Source: Nitrospirota bacterium (GTDB lineage: Bacteria; Nitrospirota; UBA9217). Taken from it: 64,000 nt of DNA. Positions 59,687-64,000 of this stretch are shown piece by piece. The notes beneath the pieces are model-generated. The model had not been told where the DNA came from. It saw only the letters and a program-made list of their open reading frames with translations, and ran no database searches. The position numbers and the translations under genes were made by a program. Numbering within the stretch: the first letter of the stretch is position 1; the number at the start of each line of letters is the position of its first letter. Location of the stretch: the NCBI GenBank assembly GCA_963737155.1, contig CAVTRN010000001.1:416001-480000 (forward strand), given 5' to 3'.

Positions 59687-61548
59687 CGGATGTTCCGCCC
59701 TCGATATTCAGAAAATCATTTATCTTGCAGCAGGTTAGGCCTTTTTTTGTCCTAAATATGTAGCCACTAAAATATTCTTATTAATTATAATTATATTGAC
59801 AAATTGCTTTAATTATGATATTTAAGTAACCACTATGTACGTCGACTCCTCTACCGTGAAGCAGGGAAACAAATCCTACACCCGCTATCTTCTCCGGGAG
59901 TGCTATCGAGAAAACGGCAAGGTCAAGCACCGCACGATTGCAAATCTGAGTTCCTGCTCCGATGCAGAGGTTGCCGCAATCAAGCTCGCCTTGCGCCATA
60001 AAGAACAACTTGCCTCTCTCCTTTCCGACAAGATGACTGTGACTCAAAAGCAAGGGCTTTCGTTCGGCGCGGTATGGCTTGTTTATTCGATTGCTCGCGA
60101 ATTGGGGATCGTAGAGGCCATGGGAACAACCAGGGAAGGCAAACTGGCGCTGTGGCAGGTGATTGCGAGAGTCATCGATCAGGGATCGCGGCTGTCAGCG
60201 GTGCGATTGGCCGGGGCTCACGCGGCGTGCGATATTTTGAGCGTGGAGAAGTTCGATGAGAACGATTTATACGACAATCTCGACTGGCTTGCCGAACGTC
60301 AGGCAACGATCGAAGATCGTCTTTTTCGAAAACTGCATGGAGACGGGAAACCGGGGCTGTTTTTGTACGATGTGACCAGTTCGTATTTGGAAGGGACGGA
60401 GAACGAGTTGTCGGCTTTCGGCTACAACCGGGACGGCAAGAAGGGCAAGCTGCAGATCGTGATTGGGTTGTTATGCGATAACGAAGGTACACCGCTGTCT
60501 GTGGAGGTGTTTACCGGCAATACCCAGGATCCCAAGACTGTTGGACCGCAGATTAAGAAGGTCGCGGAGCGGTTCGGGGCGAAGGATGTGACGTTTGTGG
60601 GCGATCGAGGGATGATCAAGAGCGGTCAAATTGAAGCGCTGCATGCGGAACCCTACGGGTTTCATTACATCACGGCTATTACCAAGCCGCAGATCGAAAA
60701 TCTTCTTGCGCGTAATATCATTCAGATGAACCTGTTCGATCAAGCGCTTGCGGAGGTCACGACAGATGAGGGGACGCGATATATACTGAGACGCAATCCC
60801 GTGAGAGCTGAGGAAATGAAGGCATCCCGGGAGGATAAGCTCGCATCAGCCCGTAAGATGGTTGACGAGCGGAACCGCTATCTTGAGGAACATCCCAAAG
60901 CGAAGGTCGCAATTGCGCTTCGCGCAATAAGTGAACGAATGGAACGGCTCAAGATATCCGATTGGGCGAAGGCTTCGGCAACAGACAGGGTACTGTCGAT
61001 AACCGTAAACGCCGATGCGCTCGGGGAAGCGGAAAAGTTTGACGGTTGCTATGTGCTGAAGACCGACCTTCCGGTGGAATCCGCAAGCAAAGAAACGATT
61101 CATGATCGGTATAAGGATCTAACCTTGGTAGAATCCGCTTTCCGTACCAGTAAGACAGCGGAATTGGAGGTCCGGCCCATTCATGTGCGGCTCGCGACAC
61201 GGACGCGTGGCCATGTATTCGTGGTCATGATGGCGTATCGGGTTGTGAAGGAGCTGTCCAGGCGATGGAGGCAGTTGGACACAACGGTGCAAGAAGGACT
61301 CGATGAGCTTTCAACCTTATGCGCCGTGGAGGTTAGTGTGAATGGATCGGTCCGCTATAATCGCATACCGGAACCGCGGGAATCGATCGGAAAATTGTTG
61401 AACGCAGCCGGAGTACGATTGCCGGAGATATTTCCCAGCACAGGAGTAAAAGTAACCACTAAGAAGAAGTTGCCTTCAAGAAGAAAATAGACTGTTTTTA
61501 CAAAATGATGAAATGTTCAAACGCGCCTTTTATTAGGGGGAACATCCG
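59687..61548 (+). mobile_element. IS1634-family element (inner, apparently intact)
   Basis: TIR CGGATGTTCC(G/C)CC; TSD CTTTAA at 59681-59686 and 61549-61554. Confidence 0.93.
59835..61490 (+). CDS. IS1634-family transposase
   Basis: YDVTSSY, FGYNRDGK, GDRG, VESAFR..K, RPI. Confidence 0.95.
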   Translation: MYVDSSTVKQGNKSYTRYLLRECYRENGKVKHRTIANLSSCSDAEVAAIKLALRHKEQLASLLSDKMTVTQKQGLSFGAVWLVYSIARELGIVEAMGTTREGKLALWQVIARVIDQGSRLSAVRLAGAHAACDILSVEKFDENDLYDNLDWLAERQATIEDRLFRKLHGDGKPGLFLYDVTSSYLEGTENELSAFGYNRDGKKGKLQIVIGLLCDNEGTPLSVEVFTGNTQDPKTVGPQIKKVAERFGAKDVTFVGDRGMIKSGQIEALHAEPYGFHYITAITKPQIENLLARNIIQMNLFDQALAEVTTDEGTRYILRRNPVRAEEMKASREDKLASARKMVDERNRYLEEHPKAKVAIALRAISERMERLKISDWAKASATDRVLSITVNADALGEAEKFDGCYVLKTDLPVESASKETIHDRYKDLTLVESAFRTSKTAELEVRPIHVRLATRTRGHVFVVMMAYRVVKELSRRWRQLDTTVQEGLDELSTLCAVEVSVNGSVRYNRIPEPRESIGKLLNAAGVRLPEIFPSTGVKVTTKKKLPSRRK

Positions 61549-62605
61549 CTTTAACATTGACGGTCGCCCACGACGGGATATCATCGTTTTCGTCAAATAG
61601 CGAAAGAGACGGTGCTGGTTTCCCGTCTAGGATTCGCCCGATCTCTCCCCATCCCACTCGCTCTTCCCGATCGAGGCCGGGTAGCTTGCCGATGGTAGCG
61701 ACGGTGGTCTGGCGCGGCCCCTTGGCAGTACGAATAGATTCTACAAGTGCCCACGACTCGTATTCAGTTCCATTTTTTTTACGACGGCGTCGACGCAAGT
61801 ACATCTACCTTGTTCTCCTCTGCTCGCATTATCGCTGAAAAGAACGAGGGAGGCAAGAGGGTGGTCGGCACTACACGCGGTTTTCAAAGATCACCATTAA
61901 AAAAATCAATAAGTTGGTTGCTCAAACCGGCTCAAAATAGTTTAAAAGATGATCAAACTGCGGAAGATGGGCTAATTCCTCAACCGTCTTTTGAACTGCG
62001 TTCCATATCCTCATCTTGTCTACAGCCCAGCCGAACATTCATTTTACCGATTTTCTCCATCACCCGAAAGGACCCGGGCTGCCCGTAAGGTCAATTTACG
62101 GTATGGTCCAGGAGGGATCCTCTTCTCAGGCTCGATTCCGAGCAGCTTCCGGATTGTATAAAAACTTATGATTGCATTTCTTTCAGAACACCTGTAGCTG
62201 CTTTAACGTCCGCCATCCAATGATAATGGGGATTTCCTATCCTTACAGTTTTTTGTCTTCCCTATGAACCCTTCATCATTATCGCAAGTACATTCAAACG
62301 GTTTTTCCTTTAGACTCATTGCATATTCGCCAAAACCTGCAAGCACCTCCTGAAAATAGTCAGTCAGCAATTGAGGCAAAAACTTGCCAGGGGCTGCAAT
62401 GATAGTAGAAAGATTGCTATTCTCCAAAAAAAATCAAACTGACGATCAAAGTCGATGACGATACTGAGGTAATTCCCCTATTGCCCTCAATGTTTTATGG
62501 TTTATTTCTCTAAAACTATTATTACCATAAAATGAGGGGCAATCTATTGTTACGCCATGCCTCAAGTCTCTCTTTTTCTACTCTACCCAAATTAGCAATA
62601 AATTT

Positions 62606-62669
62606 GTAATCCATATCACAGACGTTTGCCCGGATTGGTAACCCACATCACAGACGTTTGCCCGGATTG
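62606..62669 (+). repeat. 32-bp tandem duplication in the promoter region
   Basis: GTAA(T/C)CCA(T/C)ATCACAGACGTTTGCCCGGATTG twice; single diverged copy at ~55838-55869. Confidence 0.9.
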
Positions 62670-62744
62670 CTTATATGATTGCTTCAACAAGGGATAGGTT
62701 TTCAAGCGTTCTTTGCATTTTTCTTATTTAAAGCCTGTAATTCC

Positions 62745-62836
62745 TCTCTGCTCAGAGCAAACCTGGGAAAACCCAGGGACGCAGAGCAACGGGACTAATG
62801 AGTCACTTGACTCGATGTCCGCCGAGCCGCCAGAGA
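62745..62836 (+). ncRNA. GEMM-I riboswitch, A20 (cGAMP-type) variant, copy 2
   Basis: Near-identical to 55946-56037; A at 62756. Confidence 0.9.
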
Positions 62837-62882
62837 TAACGATGATGGTATATTGGCGCATTTGACAGAGGAGGGAAATAAC

Positions 62883-64000
62883 ATGTTAAAAAGAAGCGGG
62901 GCATTGTTAATTTTACTGGTATCTGTCCTATCAATTATCTTGTTTGGATGTGGAGGAGGAAGTGATAGTTTAACTGGTGCGGGAAGTGCAACGCAGCCTC
63001 AGATTGTGGCCATATCATTAACGCCGACAAGCCCGCAAATAGCGCAAGATACCGACCAGCAGTTCACCGCCGTGGCCCGCTACTCAGATAATACGGCACG
63101 GGATATCACATCGACCGCAACCTGGACAACGTCGGATTCGGTACATGCCCCGATTACAGGAGCCGGACGCGTGCATGGCAAGGGTCCTGGCAGGGCAACA
63201 GTTTCCGTTACAGTAGGAGGTTCTGGGGGAGGGACTACGTTGACGGTAACGTCGGCAACATTGGTGTCCGTGGCGGTCACGCCGATTAATCCGAGCATGG
63301 CAGCAGGGACAACTCAGCAGTTCGTGGCGACGGGAACGTTCTCCGATAACACCACGCAGGACTTGACGACTGAGGTAGTCTGGAATTCATCGACATCGTC
63401 TGTAGCGGGCATCAGTAATACAGCGAGTTCAATGGGACTGGCCAACCTCGAAACCGCAGGCTCGACAGTGATCACAGCGACATCGGGCACACTGTCGGGA
63501 TCTACTGCGCTAGTAGTAACGCCTGCAACGCTTGTTTCACTGGATGTTACGCCGACCAATCCGAGTGTAGCAGCAGGGTCAACTCAACAGTTCGTTGCAA
63601 CAGGAACATTCTCTAACGGCACCACACAAAACCTGACGACGTCAGTAGCCTGGACTTCGTCGGCATCGTCTGTAGCAGGTATCAGTAATACCGCGGGTTC
63701 AAACGGGCTGGTCACGCTGGTAGCCGCAGGCTCGACAACGATCACGGCGACATCGGGCGCAGTGACGGCATCTACTACGCTGACGGTAACGCCGGCAACG
63801 CTCGTTTCCCTGGCAATAACGCCGTCCAATCCAAGCGTCGCGCTGGGGACAAACCAGCAATTTACTGCCACCGGGACGTACTCCGATGGTTCGACGCAAA
63901 ACCTGACAACGACCGGGATATGGGTTTCATCGGCGACATCTGTCGCAGAAATCAGCAACGCCGCGGGTTCAAACGGGCTGGTCACCCCGATAGCCGCAGG
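62883..64000 (+). CDS. Second Ig-like repeat lipoprotein (partial, runs off window)
   Basis: ATG 62883 MLKRSG...LFGCGGG; Big_2 repeats paralogous to 56084-57823; absent from ORF track, consistent with no stop in the window. Confidence 0.9.
   Translation, partial: MLKRSGALLILLVSVLSIILFGCGGGSDSLTGAGSATQPQIVAISLTPTSPQIAQDTDQQFTAVARYSDNTARDITSTATWTTSDSVHAPITGAGRVHGKGPGRATVSVTVGGSGGGTTLTVTSATLVSVAVTPINPSMAAGTTQQFVATGTFSDNTTQDLTTEVVWNSSTSSVAGISNTASSMGLANLETAGSTVITATSGTLSGSTALVVTPATLVSLDVTPTNPSVAAGSTQQFVATGTFSNGTTQNLTTSVAWTSSASSVAGISNTAGSNGLVTLVAAGSTTITATSGAVTASTTLTVTPATLVSLAITPSNPSVALGTNQQFTATGTYSDGSTQNLTTTGIWVSSATSVAEISNAAGSNGLVTPIAA

Larger units (their letters stand above)
58149..61804 (-). pseudogene. 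Outer IS1634 transposase split into 61549-61804 and 58149-59686
   Basis: Removing the inner IS rejoins WATVNVK|GVQVDRLRSF; YDITSTYF, MDRG, VEDAFR..K. Confidence 0.92.
58103..61971 (-). mobile_element. IS1634-family element (outer), interrupted by a second IS1634
   Basis: 15-bp perfect TIR CCCATCTTCCGCAGT; CTAA duplicated at 58099-58102 and 61972-61975. Confidence 0.92.

Noticed and set aside
62203-62427. 74-aa minus-strand ORF
   Set aside because: TTG start, no RBS, no motif; cannot support
62606-62669. Mini CRISPR array
   Set aside because: Two abutting copies with no spacer: simple tandem duplication
36411-63985. Numerous antisense and overlapping ORFs in the track
   Set aside because: Shadows of well-supported genes in GC-rich or repetitive DNA

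Overview
The window has two halves that meet at a tRNA-Leu(GAG) gene (32667-32751, minus strand). The left half (1-32666) is an AT-richer integrative element next to the tRNA 3' end. It has a frameshifted Zn-ribbon tyrosine integrase and a rightward run of small phage-like genes plus an orphan DNA methylase behind a sigma54-type promoter. A divergent bEBP-like AAA+ regulator lacking GAFTGA and a ribbon-helix-helix gene follow to the left. Next comes a ~1.8 kb ORF-poor block containing a promoter-boxA-~890 nt-terminator unit, a candidate new large ncRNA and the top finding. Further left lie an ~18 kb co-oriented defence-like cargo array (BamHI-family C/R/M system, GHKL-nuclease, UDG-like, DUF4238, SLOG, IS256) and a leftward ArdC / phosphatase / dead resolvase / tyrosine recombinase module. 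The right half (32856-64000) is host chromosome, inferred from gene content to be Nitrospirota- or deltaproteobacteria-like. It carries ilvE, usp, bfr, a flavin oxidoreductase, aconitase, galT, coaX-birA-nadC-valS, a RomR-like regulator and a Pil-Chp chemosensory operon. It ends with two paralogous Ig-like lipoprotein genes, each behind an A20 (cGAMP-type) GEMM-I riboswitch, separated by an IS1634 nested in another IS1634. All calls are from motif reading by eye; no database searches or folding programs were run.
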